Below, one piece after another: positions 38,071-46,486 of a stretch of DNA of 50,495 bases (position 1 is its first letter; each line of letters starts with the position of its first letter). The DNA is taken from IMG/VR virus record IMGVR_UViG_3300045284_000404, positions 1-50,495 of that record. One strand, written 5' to 3'. A model generated the notes under the pieces. That model was not told the DNA's origin, did not search any database, and saw only the letters and a program-made list of their open reading frames with translations. This DNA comes from a virus. Its lineage: Duplodnaviria; Caudoviricetes. The position numbers were made by a program, and so were the translations under genes.

Positions 38071-38496
38071 CTACTCAGCCTTCACATAGCTCCGAATGTT
38101 TGCAAAGACCCTCGAGGGATCATTGGTAGAGGTTTCGTGGCCGATTGTAGCCACAACTTGACACCCAATAGAGGCGTCGATGGACTCGCGGGTGGTCTCC
38201 TGCAGACAGCCGACGATCTCGAAGAACTCCCTCAGCCGGTACATCGCGTCCTCGGTCAAGTAGAACTGGTCTCGGAACTTGACCTTGGTGAGGTCAATGT
38301 TTTCAAGAGCTTCTTCTGGAACCGAAGGCATTGCTGATATGACACCGTAGCCGAATTCGACGAAGGGAGTCTTCTTCTGGCTGGACTGTCCATAGGTTTT
38401 ACTCTTAATGACAAGCAGGTATTCTCCTTCCGGTGCCGTCGGGGGACGTTCAAAGGACGTTGGGTCTTTGTCGAGCAGAGCGTTAAAGTCGGGCAT
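38071..38496 (-). CDS. Putative ssDNA-binding protein (DUF669-like OB fold)
   Basis: PEGEYLLVI, SSQKKTPFV, RLREFF..VG, IG.QV.A.I.H; downstream of the Sak4-like ATPase. Confidence 0.7.
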   Translation of the reverse strand: MPDFNALLDKDPTSFERPPTAPEGEYLLVIKSKTYGQSSQKKTPFVEFGYGVISAMPSVPEEALENIDLTKVKFRDQFYLTEDAMYRLREFFEIVGCLQETTRESIDASIGCQVVATIGHETSTNDPSRVFANIRSYVKAE

Positions 38497-38547
38497 TTTG
38501 CTGTTCCTTTGCCGTTAGCGTTGACGTTGAGGGAAGCTCCCTCGGGC

Positions 38548-39339
38548 CTACTTCGATCCGGGACGAACTCCCCGAACATCGAAGAAGTACTTGGCGAGAC
38601 CATCACTCAAAGGATATTTGTCCTTGGCGTTGAGGGTCTCGGTCTTAAGGTCTACGTAGTCGACTGGCTTGGTCCAGATTTCTCTTTTTCCCGCCGCTCC
38701 AGTTCCCGTGTTGCGGACCAAGAGGCAGCTATTAAAGAACCTAGGTACCTTAGGAGAGAAGCTTCGTCCAACTGCTGTAGCTGGGTATCCAATTTTGATA
38801 TCACTATCTCCAGATCCGTGATAGAGAATGTGGCTGGTGCAGATAACATGGCACTTGGTCTCCTCACCGTAGAGTTTAAAGAGAAAGCTTTCGACTAGAT
38901 CCTGAGCTGCGCCCCAGTCTTGGATCTCCTTCGGGGCTGCCAGACGGTTGGCCACGGAGAGAATCCAGTTGAAGGCGGCACGGGTGGCGAAGTTGAGACT
39001 GTCGACCACGATGATATGGTCTAGGCTCTGGTATTCATTGGTCCACTTGGTCAGGGCATCCAGACTCTGTGCCCACGCCTTCACCTTGCTGGGATAGATC
39101 TTCGCTCCGACATTCTTATAGGTGTCGGTGAAGCTGTCCACCTCGATCCGGGACAGGGACTCTTTGTCATCTCGGAGTAGGTTCCGCAGGATAGCGGTTC
39201 CCCGGTCGAAGTCAGCGATGTGGAGTTTGTATCCGGCTTGAGCAAGCGAAGCTAAAGCTCCAGTCTTCCCAGAGCCAGAGTTTCCGACAAGGAGTACCTT
39301 CATCGGGCCTTCGGTTTCAGGACTGTCAAGTGTTGGCAT
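38548..39339 (-). CDS. AAA_24 / Sak4-like ATPase
   Basis: LLVGNSGSGKT, IADFDRG, IVVDSL, QDWG, HVICTSH. Confidence 0.82.
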   Translation of the reverse strand: MPTLDSPETEGPMKVLLVGNSGSGKTGALASLAQAGYKLHIADFDRGTAILRNLLRDDKESLSRIEVDSFTDTYKNVGAKIYPSKVKAWAQSLDALTKWTNEYQSLDHIIVVDSLNFATRAAFNWILSVANRLAAPKEIQDWGAAQDLVESFLFKLYGEETKCHVICTSHILYHGSGDSDIKIGYPATAVGRSFSPKVPRFFNSCLLVRNTGTGAAGKREIWTKPVDYVDLKTETLNAKDKYPLSDGLAKYFFDVRGVRPGSK

Positions 39340-39637
39340 TGCGGATTGCTCCCAATTTTGCGTGAATGTAGCCGTACGCATGATGGTATTCTGCAGTTCG
39401 TCGGAGGGCATGTTTTCGTCGACGAACTTGTGTAACATACGAGGGGTCCATATTCAGGAAGAGCGATACAGCAAGGTGAGGAACTCCAGCATCCGTCGAG
39501 GACAGCGCGAAGATCTGCCGAGCCTTAGATACCCTACCACGGTTGTAGCTGGAGAAGATTGGCGCGGGTGTGATCGAGAAGTCATCACAGATGAGTTCAA
39601 GGAGTTCCTCCAACGGAGCTTTGTACTGCATGTTCAT
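39326..39637 (-). CDS. DnaA C-terminal-like HTH protein
   Basis: ICDDFSITP..IFS..NR..VSKARQI...V...L..DPSYV. Confidence 0.6.
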   Translation of the reverse strand: MNMQYKAPLEELLELICDDFSITPAPIFSSYNRGRVSKARQIFALSSTDAGVPHLAVSLFLNMDPSYVTQVRRRKHALRRTAEYHHAYGYIHAKLGAIRNANT

Positions 39638-40551
39638 GTGGATTCAGATCGCTCTCTGGTTTTGAGTGGTTCCCAACGATCCACTACGAAATCACTCTTT
39701 ATGACAAGATCCCGGACCGAGGGATCTCGCCCACAGATACCACGGAACTGACAGCCACTGTATACGTGGCAAGCCTCGAAGTTCTGTGGATAGACATCGG
39801 AGTCCCGGTACTGCTCCGCCATCTTGATGTAGAAGTGGGTGTTCTTCAGCCATTCATCAAGTTGTGCTTTGGTATACGAGGCTTTGAACCGGGAGAACGT
39901 GTCCAGGTTCGTGGCAAGATACACTGCATCGATGATGACGCCCTCAATGTGAGGGTAGAACACAATCTTCCCTCCAGAGGTGTACTGCATCATCTGGCCA
40001 CTGGGCTTATAGGACTCCATATAGTCGTAGGCAAAGCTCTTGGAGGTGGTCTTCCGGTCGAGGACGTAGACCTTCTCATCGAACTCCGCGATCCGATCGA
40101 GGTGGCCAGACAGTATGTAGGGATCCCCGAAGGGATTTTGAAGATTGATCTCGAAGCGGAAAGACAGCTCGACTGCAGGCTGCCCATTGTCGAGGATCAC
40201 CGTCTTGGCTGGGTCGATCCGGAAGTGATCCAGGTATCCAGCCACAGCCCGCACGAGCACTCGTCGGTTCTTTATCTTGTGGTCGCTTTCGAAGTCCGCA
40301 GAGATCGTCGCCGCGTACCGGACTGTCTCTCTGACTGCCTCCGGGTACTCCATCCCCTTCGACCGGAGCTGGTCATAGTGTTCAAGGGCCTGGTGGTAGA
40401 GGATGCCAAAGGTCAGGTGAGGGTTCTGCGCCTTGGGCCTGAGCCCGAGGATGTTCTGGTAGTAGTACTTCCGGGCGCAGGTACGGAGAGTGCCGAGGGA
40501 TGTGTTATCCCAGGCAAGCTGGTAGTTGTCTCTGTAGCTAGAGTCAGACAT
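39634..40551 (-). CDS. Cas4-like PD-(D/E)XK exonuclease
   Basis: CARKYYY, FGILYH, GHLDRI, VLDRKT, Q...Y, C....GC.FR.IC Fe-S cysteines. Confidence 0.88.
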   Translation of the reverse strand: MSDSSYRDNYQLAWDNTSLGTLRTCARKYYYQNILGLRPKAQNPHLTFGILYHQALEHYDQLRSKGMEYPEAVRETVRYAATISADFESDHKIKNRRVLVRAVAGYLDHFRIDPAKTVILDNGQPAVELSFRFEINLQNPFGDPYILSGHLDRIAEFDEKVYVLDRKTTSKSFAYDYMESYKPSGQMMQYTSGGKIVFYPHIEGVIIDAVYLATNLDTFSRFKASYTKAQLDEWLKNTHFYIKMAEQYRDSDVYPQNFEACHVYSGCQFRGICGRDPSVRDLVIKSDFVVDRWEPLKTRERSEST

Positions 40552-40645
40552 GTGAACACCATGTTAAGTAGAGGATACAGTAAAAGACTGCCACGAGAAC
40601 AATGCCATTGAGGCAGCCTTTGGCGAATTTTGGATCAGGAGTCAT
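40544..40645 (-). CDS. 33-aa single-TM peptide (not in ORF track)
   Basis: MTPDPKFAKGCLNGIVLVAVFYCILYLTWCSHV; ATGA overlap with the upstream gene. Confidence 0.55.
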   Translation of the reverse strand: MTPDPKFAKGCLNGIVLVAVFYCILYLTWCSHV

Positions 40646-40839
40646 GTCCGCTTCCCGACCTCCCAGAGGCGAGACGCCACAAGAAGGTTTACCACTTGCA
40701 TCAGATTGAAGGGGTCATATTGGGCATTGTCGAGACCCCTAAGGTTGGCCAGAAGTTCCGCAGCAAGCTCAACGTTGTCTTTGGACATCTGCATCATCTC
40801 AAGCCACTGATGGACTGGAATTACCTTTGGCTCGCTCAT
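40642..40839 (-). CDS. Hypothetical protein
   Basis: ATGA overlaps at both ends. Confidence 0.65.
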   Translation of the reverse strand: MSEPKVIPVHQWLEMMQMSKDNVELAAELLANLRGLDNAQYDPFNLMQVVNLLVASRLWEVGKRT

Positions 40840-41084
40840 GCCGATGGCTCCTTCTTCAGGCCGAGCATCCCGAGGAGTTCATCCACGGTGCCGGTTGGGA
40901 TCTTGGCAGGGCCTTTCGCTTTGGTTGCCTTGGCGAGTTTGAAGTGCGAGCGTTCCGCTCGCAGCCGCGCTACCATCTCGTCGATGTCTGCGTCGGACAG
41001 GGACTCTGGATCTGCCTCAAAGAGGTCATCCAGGCTCCGGGGTTTCGGTTGGGAGAGAGGCGAGAATTCGTTGGAGTTCGTCAT
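40836..41084 (-). CDS. Hypothetical protein
   Basis: GGAG RBS, operon tiling. Confidence 0.7.
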   Translation of the reverse strand: MTNSNEFSPLSQPKPRSLDDLFEADPESLSDADIDEMVARLRAERSHFKLAKATKAKGPAKIPTGTVDELLGMLGLKKEPSA

Positions 41085-41280
41085 CTGGTATCTCCAGGTT
41101 GATCGGTTTCACTGAAGCAATATGTCGCTCATTTTTCTCGATGAGCGCCCGGACCAATTCACGCACTATAGTGCTTGGGCTGTGATCCGGGTAGTACATT
41201 CTGAGCCGATCGAGGTCACCAGCGTAGAGGATAACATGGTGACGCTCGGTCTTTTCAGAGGTTCTCTTTCTGCGGATCAT
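41026..41280 (-). CDS. Hypothetical protein, possible ribbon-helix-helix
   Basis: ERHHVILY.GD.DRL...PSTIVRELVRALI. Confidence 0.6.
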   Translation of the reverse strand: MIRRKRTSEKTERHHVILYAGDLDRLRMYYPDHSPSTIVRELVRALIEKNERHIASVKPINLEIPDDELQRILASLPTETPEPG

Positions 41281-41483
41281 GGCTTTGCTTTTGCCTTGTG
41301 AGTGATCCAAAGTTCATTCTCTGGGTCTCGAGGAGAGAGTCTGAACTCAAGACCGCTAAGTTCCTCAATTCCCTCCCGTTCCCTGTAGAGGAGCGTGCGA
41401 AGGCGCTGAGGATCCGAACAGGGAACTACAATCCCAATCTGGTGCCTCAGCGCTTCATACGCCAGATACAGGTAGGAGGTCAC
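41277..41483 (-). CDS. Hypothetical protein
   Basis: GTGA and ATGA overlaps with neighbours. Confidence 0.6.
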   Translation of the reverse strand: MTSYLYLAYEALRHQIGIVVPCSDPQRLRTLLYREREGIEELSGLEFRLSPRDPENELWITHKAKAKP

Positions 41484-41707
41484 TCTGTCCCTCGTCCCTT
41501 CTTCGTCGCAGCCTTTACTGCCCACATCGCACCGTCTTCGATGTGTGTCATTGCAAGTGCCTTGAGACGCTCTACCTCGCCATCGCCTTCAATTGTTTCC
41601 ACGAGGTCAATGAGATCAGCAGATGCGCGTTTGATGTCTTCCACCATCGCGTTGCCTGATGGATTAAAGCTGATACCAACACGGTATTCACCTAATGACT
41701 CTGGCAT
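41480..41707 (-). CDS. Acb2/Tad1-like helical hairpin protein (candidate anti-defence nucleotide sponge)
   Basis: RLKALAMTHIEDGAMWAVKA resembles the Tad1 R..A.ALTH.EEA.MW segment; AGGAGAG RBS. Confidence 0.6.
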   Translation of the reverse strand: MPESLGEYRVGISFNPSGNAMVEDIKRASADLIDLVETIEGDGEVERLKALAMTHIEDGAMWAVKAATKKGRGTE

Positions 41708-41788
41708 AATGCTCTCCTATGGGCAAAGGGAATCAGTACCATACTCTGATCTCTAGAGTATGGCACTGATCTTTAAACGCCGTGACAC

Positions 41789-42418
41789 TTATTCGGCCGC
41801 AGCCTCAACAGGCGGAGCGATTTCCTCCGCTTGCTTCGCAGCCTCTGCCTTCACGTCGAAGCCCTTGATGGACAGGCCAGCAAGAGAGTCGAGACGAGCC
41901 TTTGCAGCGGCCTCGACCTCTTCCTTGTTCGCGTCCAGAACGCGGGTGTACAGTGCGTCGTACTTTGCCCGCTCTTCCTTCTGCATCTTCGACGGCGAGA
42001 AGCCGTTGGCCTTGAGCGCCTTGTCCAGCATCTCGGTAACGATGTCCTCGACCGCCTTCTCGAAGGGGGACCGAGCACGGCCTGTGCGGATACCGAACTC
42101 ATAACTAGAAACGTACTCGTCGATTTGTTCCTGGAGTTCGGCGATCTGATCTTCCGACAGGGTGGTTGAGTCAGCTACTGGAGTCATCTGCTCGACCTTG
42201 GCCTCTTTGATCTGCTGATCAGTCCAGCCAGCCGCACGAAGCTTTGCCGCACGGACGACGGAGGCAAGGTTATTCCTGACGTTCTCCGCCAGTAGCTGGT
42301 TCATCGCGGAGGCTTCATTACTCTTGAGGGTGTAGCCCTCAGCATACGGCGAGTCGATGTTGAAGTCCACGCCTTGAATCATCAACCGCTGTCTTTTTCC
42401 ATTCAGTTCGTTAGCCAT
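41789..42418 (-). CDS. Hypothetical protein, distant paralog of 241..828 and 49744..50340
   Basis: AAAGGA RBS, own promoter, shared FNIDS...G..L.SNEA and SPFE motifs. Confidence 0.85.
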   Translation of the reverse strand: MANELNGKRQRLMIQGVDFNIDSPYAEGYTLKSNEASAMNQLLAENVRNNLASVVRAAKLRAAGWTDQQIKEAKVEQMTPVADSTTLSEDQIAELQEQIDEYVSSYEFGIRTGRARSPFEKAVEDIVTEMLDKALKANGFSPSKMQKEERAKYDALYTRVLDANKEEVEAAAKARLDSLAGLSIKGFDVKAEAAKQAEEIAPPVEAAAE

Positions 42419-42458
42419 TTTCAGTTCCTTTCTAGAGGGAAAATCCCCCAACGGATCG

Positions 42459-42487
42459 AATATATGGCAATCCGCCGGGGTTGTCAA
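42459..42487 (-). promoter_or_regulatory. Near-consensus sigma70 promoter
   Basis: TTGACA, 17 bp, TATATT on the - strand. Confidence 0.85.
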
Positions 42488-42523
42488 TCGTTTTCTCGGT
42501 GTCTCCGGCGAATTGTAGCCAAC

Positions 42524-42555
42524 GTGGGCCGGATCACATCATGTTACCGTGGGAC
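42524..42555 (+). promoter_or_regulatory. Dispersed motif copy 3
   Basis: GTGGGCCGGATCACATCATGTTACCGTGGGAC. Confidence 0.65.
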
Positions 42556-42561
42556 TTTATG

Positions 42562-42807
42562 CTAGGCTACATCCTCCAGTCTTATCCTAACCCGCAGAGC
42601 CTTCATCAGCGGGAACAGTGTTGTAGGTCGGGGCCACCGAGTCTTGCCAGAGGCAATATTTCCGATGGTGGCCTGAGCAACGCCCACGGCTAGCGCGATC
42701 TGCCCCTGGGTCCGCCCATCCATGTGTATCCGCTCTCGGATCTCCTCGAGGACTGCCTCGGCACTAGTAAAGGTCCGAGGCTTTCGCATCTTAATGACGT
42801 TGTTCAT
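42562..42807 (-). CDS. XRE/Cro-type HTH regulator
   Basis: TQGQIALAVGVAQATIGNIASGKTRWPRPTTL. Confidence 0.88.
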   Translation of the reverse strand: MNNVIKMRKPRTFTSAEAVLEEIRERIHMDGRTQGQIALAVGVAQATIGNIASGKTRWPRPTTLFPLMKALRVRIRLEDVA

Positions 42808-43175
42808 GAGGCCTCCTTACGAGCCTGAGCCAGCCGATAGAGCCGGGTGTCCTCGTCCCAGGTAATCACTCCCTGATCCTTCATCTCCTTCAGGGCCTTC
42901 CAGACAGTAGAGTCACTTGTGACAAGCCCTCTGGTCCGGAGTTCCTTGATGATGTCTCGGCTCATGAGCGGGGGCCTCTCAGAGAGGATCGTCGGGATCA
43001 TGAGCTTTGCTTCGCGAAGCGTTGATCGAGACTGAGGCTTCCGGTTTCCCTTCCGCTTCACTACGGGCATCAGAGTAGGCTGCAGACTCAGGAAGACCCT
43101 TCGTGCAACCTGAAGATCCATCAGCTCTTTTCGAAGCTCCTCGAGCTTCCTGTCGATTTCTACTAGGTAATTCAT
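42804..43175 (-). CDS. Coiled coil plus winged-helix protein
   Basis: SRDIIKEL...SDSTVWKALKEMKDQGVI...YRL. Confidence 0.72.
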   Translation of the reverse strand: MNYLVEIDRKLEELRKELMDLQVARRVFLSLQPTLMPVVKRKGNRKPQSRSTLREAKLMIPTILSERPPLMSRDIIKELRTRGLVTSDSTVWKALKEMKDQGVITWDEDTRLYRLAQARKEAS

Positions 43176-43501
43176 TTCGGTAATGCTCCTATGATTGCGA
43201 GGATTTCGTCTACGGTCTTGTCAGTGTACCGAGGGACCGGATCAGAGTTCCGGGCGCGGGAGACGTTTCGAGCGGGACGATGAAGATAATCCCTGACGGA
43301 AATGTCTCTTTGTTGAAGCGCGTCCTCGATTGCAGCGGGAAGAGAGTCCCCGTGTCCGGTTGCATGAAGCCATCCAGAGAAATCGTCGGATGCACCTTGA
43401 GGACTTGGAATGATCCCAAGTCTCCATCGTCCGAGGCTAGAGACGGAGAGATTGCTAAAGCAAACGCCGTCAGGAAGGTTAATTTCGAATACATACTTCA
43501 T
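43172..43501 (-). CDS. Hypothetical protein
   Basis: ATGA overlaps. Confidence 0.65.
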   Translation of the reverse strand: MKYVFEINLPDGVCFSNLSVSSLGRWRLGIIPSPQGASDDFSGWLHATGHGDSLPAAIEDALQQRDISVRDYLHRPARNVSRARNSDPVPRYTDKTVDEILAIIGALPK

Positions 43502-43704
43502 TCCCTTCTTCTCTCAATGTCCGTCCGGCTCAATTGTGAAGCTCGACAGGTCCGGAACACGCCTGTCATGTACTCCACCACGTAGAGGGTCTTGCCTCGT
43601 CGGCTGGTGAAGATTGCTCGGACTTCCCCAGGGATATCATCACGGAGGACTTTGTCCCCAATAGTGAAGATTGGGTCAGTCTGATTCTGGAGTCTCTGCG
43701 CCAT
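43498..43704 (-). CDS. Small SH3-like beta protein
   Basis: FTIGDKV....GEVRAIF...G...YVVE. Confidence 0.65.
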   Translation of the reverse strand: MAQRLQNQTDPIFTIGDKVLRDDIPGEVRAIFTSRRGKTLYVVEYMTGVFRTCRASQLSRTDIERRRE

Positions 43705-45268
43705 CTATGTTTCCTTCCAAGGTTATCATGAAAAGGGAGTGCTTAGTTCGTGTTTCGATGACGTAGAGGAGATTTCGTTCCTGCAGCAATTGCCCAGGGT
43801 ATCCCGCTTGGGCTTGGGCCAGAGCATACTTCGAGGGCAGCCGGAAGGGATCGAGGTGGTATACAGTCTTCCACTCGAACCCCTTACTGCGGTGCCCGGA
43901 GGTCAGGACCAATCCCGGCTCAGTCGAGTCGAAGATGGTATCGCAAAGATCCATCGCCTCGCCGAGATTTTCCACCTCCTGCAGGATCATCCGAGCACAT
44001 TCCCGGCGGTCTTTCACTGAGGACAGGAGTTCTCCCTTGCCAGCAGTATTGAGCCGAGAGACCTCCCGTTCATACCACAGAGACAGCTGGGTCAGCAGCT
44101 GGTCCCGGGGGATTGCTTTGTCTGCTACTCGGAGATCCTTCCCGGTAAGGCCAGCGACTTTCTTTACGAGGCCCTTCAGGTTCTTGGCCATGTCTACACC
44201 GAAGTAGGTGAACCCGCGCTTGGAGCGCAAGAGGAGGAAGGCAAGGGACACGAGCGGAGCGTTGTTCCTGCAGATGATGGCAGAGTCGGGAACAATGTCT
44301 GAGACACTCCATGAAGGCAGGGTATCTACGATACCGTCGGGATTGCTCTCGAAGGCCGTAAATTCAGGGTAATGCCTGAGCTGACGCTCCACAACGAGCT
44401 TCGGACAGCGGAAGCTAGTAGCGAGGGGATAGGTATACATCGTAAGTCCGAGCTTGCGCTCGGCTAGCTCTTGCAGATTTCTCATGGAGTTCTGGTCTGC
44501 CCCTCTGAACCCGTAAATCGCCTGCTTTGGATCCCCCACGGCAATGAGCTGCTTAGGGTTACAAAGCATCAGCTGCATATGGTTGGCAGGACTGAGATCC
44601 TGTGCCTCATCCACCAAGACCGTCTCGAACTGATCGTATGGCGCGAAGAAGCTCGTGGTCATGTAGATCTGATCATCGAAGTCGATCAGCTTGTTGTATG
44701 CTTGAGCGATGCTCCAAAGGAGACACTGGTCAGCAAGGCCGAGCAGGCGATCCAGAGGCATCAGGCCTTGGTCCCAATCCTCGAGGATGGAGAACTCGTC
44801 GATGTATTCCTCAGGATTTGGCCCGACGAACCGGGGGCCACGAGAGAGGGCTGCCTTGGGTACCCAGTTATTTCGCCGAAGTAGCTGCACGAAGCGCTTC
44901 AATACCATGAAGCAGCTTCCGTCCTCGTCCCCGCGCTGGATCTCGGGAGCTTGCTCCGAGAGCACGCTCTTGAGAATGGGATTCAGCTTTCCGGGATCAA
45001 CCTCGAGTCGACCTCCTCGTTGCTTGGACCACGCGGCATGGCCGAGACCATTCAGGGTCTTCACGATGACGTGAGGTGGCACGGCTTCCTGAAGATCCTT
45101 GGTGATCCGCTTGTTAAAGGCGACAGCGAGAATTTTCGAGTGAGGCAGCAAAGGAGACAGGAGTTTCAAAGTGGTGGTCTTGGCACTGCCTGCACCCGCG
45201 TATATTGCTAGCGAGTCCCCGCTTGCTGCGGCGGCCTTGATTGCTTCTTGCTCAGGTGTTGGGGTCAT
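43676..45268 (-). CDS. UvrD/Rep-family (SF1A) helicase
   Basis: TPEQ, AGAGSAKTTT, AFNK, VDEAQD, GDPKQAIYGFRG, SFRCP, HRSKGFEW, YVIETR. Confidence 0.92.
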   Translation of the reverse strand: MTPTPEQEAIKAAAASGDSLAIYAGAGSAKTTTLKLLSPLLPHSKILAVAFNKRITKDLQEAVPPHVIVKTLNGLGHAAWSKQRGGRLEVDPGKLNPILKSVLSEQAPEIQRGDEDGSCFMVLKRFVQLLRRNNWVPKAALSRGPRFVGPNPEEYIDEFSILEDWDQGLMPLDRLLGLADQCLLWSIAQAYNKLIDFDDQIYMTTSFFAPYDQFETVLVDEAQDLSPANHMQLMLCNPKQLIAVGDPKQAIYGFRGADQNSMRNLQELAERKLGLTMYTYPLATSFRCPKLVVERQLRHYPEFTAFESNPDGIVDTLPSWSVSDIVPDSAIICRNNAPLVSLAFLLLRSKRGFTYFGVDMAKNLKGLVKKVAGLTGKDLRVADKAIPRDQLLTQLSLWYEREVSRLNTAGKGELLSSVKDRRECARMILQEVENLGEAMDLCDTIFDSTEPGLVLTSGHRSKGFEWKTVYHLDPFRLPSKYALAQAQAGYPGQLLQERNLLYVIETRTKHSLFMITLEGNIDGAETPESD

Positions 45269-45600
45269 GCGGATTCCTCCGGAATTGGTGTTTCACTGTC
45301 GATCGCCGGATCTTCCTTCTTCCTACGATCTCGCTTCAGGCCGAGGAAGATCCTCAGCTCCTCGATCATCTCCATGTCATTCAGGGCTCTATAGGAGGCA
45401 GTGACCCCACTCTGCGGGATGTCCATGTAGATCGCCTGGCAGTGAACTTCCAGCGCTCCAGCCACAAGGAGCCCTGTGGTGAACGCCCGTAGCAGGGCCG
45501 CAGCGTCGTCAATGTCCGTGCCCTGGACTCGAAGGCGAGTGGTCCAATAATGTGAGTCCTGCTTCCGGTAGATGCGAATATCGAGAAAGAACTGTCTCAT
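45265..45600 (-). CDS. Hypothetical protein
   Basis: AAGGAG RBS, ATGA overlaps. Confidence 0.7.
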   Translation of the reverse strand: MRQFFLDIRIYRKQDSHYWTTRLRVQGTDIDDAAALLRAFTTGLLVAGALEVHCQAIYMDIPQSGVTASYRALNDMEMIEELRIFLGLKRDRRKKEDPAIDSETPIPEESA

Positions 45601-45683
45601 GAGTGTCTCCTTATATGTAAGTAGAGGACAATGGCAAGGACAAGCAGAGCAAGCGATTGAATGAAATCCACTGTCTCGCTCAT
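45597..45683 (-). CDS. 28-aa single-TM peptide (not in ORF track)
   Basis: MSETVDFIQSLALLVLAIVLYLHIRRHS; GGGAG RBS, ATGA overlaps on both sides. Confidence 0.6.
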   Translation of the reverse strand: MSETVDFIQSLALLVLAIVLYLHIRRHS

Positions 45684-45868
45684 CCGACGACTCCCTTCAG
45701 GGCATTCCAGATTGCATCTGTGGAAGCCCGCGCCTTCGGCGCCACTCTGAGGTCCTTGATCTTCTGCGCGAGTGCTACGAAGTCCTCTTGCGCGTAGGGC
45801 TCTCTAGAGTCGATGAAGAGAGCAATGAGAGCAGAGAACTCCCCATCTGTGAGCTTAAGCGTTGGCAT
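45680..45868 (-). CDS. Hypothetical protein
   Basis: GGGGAG RBS before MPTLKL. Confidence 0.65.
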   Translation of the reverse strand: MPTLKLTDGEFSALIALFIDSREPYAQEDFVALAQKIKDLRVAPKARASTDAIWNALKGVVG

Positions 45869-46283
45869 CTGGAAGCTCCCCTTCAAGCTTTGCGAGGAAG
45901 TTGTTGTACATATTGTTGTACTTGGTCCACTGGGTATCCGCCCAGGGCTTCAGCAAGAGGGCAGCTACTCCCCAGTGCATAGAGGATTCTCGCTCTAGAA
46001 GAACAGCCGCCGGGAACTCCTCGTCCACCGGGAATTGCTTATAATAGTGTTTGACTCGGATTTCTTTCTCGTCCTCAGTGATGCTCTTTGCTCCGAGATA
46101 GATCGTGGGGATGGGGCCAGAGAAATGGATCTGGATCACTGTTGAATAGGGGTCCACGAGGAGAGCGACCCGAAGCTCAATGTCCTCGCATGTTTCATCT
46201 GCCCGGGTGAGGCGGATAGTTCGAGAGGACTTTCCTGTCCAAATGACCAAGCGCCAAGGGTCAAGTTCGCCTAGAGTGTTCAT
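45855..46283 (-). CDS. Hypothetical protein
   Basis: GAGGA RBS before MNTLGE. Confidence 0.65.
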   Translation of the reverse strand: MNTLGELDPWRLVIWTGKSSRTIRLTRADETCEDIELRVALLVDPYSTVIQIHFSGPIPTIYLGAKSITEDEKEIRVKHYYKQFPVDEEFPAAVLLERESSMHWGVAALLLKPWADTQWTKYNNMYNNFLAKLEGELPDANA

Positions 46284-46417
46284 CGTCCGTTCCTCATCTC
46301 TGCCCACTCGAGGGCATCTTGAGCCACGGAGACATGTTTGAAGGCATTGCCACTGCCAATGGCAAATGCTGTCAGCCATATGGCAAAGGCGATGAATACA
46401 ACGTTTTCAGGTTTCAT
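46280..46417 (-). CDS. 45-aa membrane or secreted peptide (not in ORF track)
   Basis: MKPENVVFIAFAIWLTAFAIGSGNAF...; AAAGGA RBS, ATGA overlap. Confidence 0.6.
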   Translation of the reverse strand: MKPENVVFIAFAIWLTAFAIGSGNAFKHVSVAQDALEWAEMRNGR

Positions 46418-46439
46418 TGGGTTTTCCTTTCTTGATTGG

Positions 46440-46477
46440 AGGGAGGGGAGAGGGATTGCTCCCTTGCTCCCCTCCCT
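46440..46477. terminator. GC-rich intergenic hairpin
   Basis: AGGGAGGGGAG...CTCCCCTCCCT; no clear U-tract. Confidence 0.45.
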
Positions 46478-46486
46478 GATGTTAGG

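Noticed and set aside
39634-40551. Cas4-like gene as part of a CRISPR-Cas system
   Set aside because: No other cas genes or array. Solo Cas4-like nucleases next to Sak4/SSB are normal phage recombination genes.
45170-45200. UvrD Walker A GSAKT as inactivation
   Set aside because: The catalytic KT and all other helicase motifs are intact, so a single G-to-A change is insufficient evidence.
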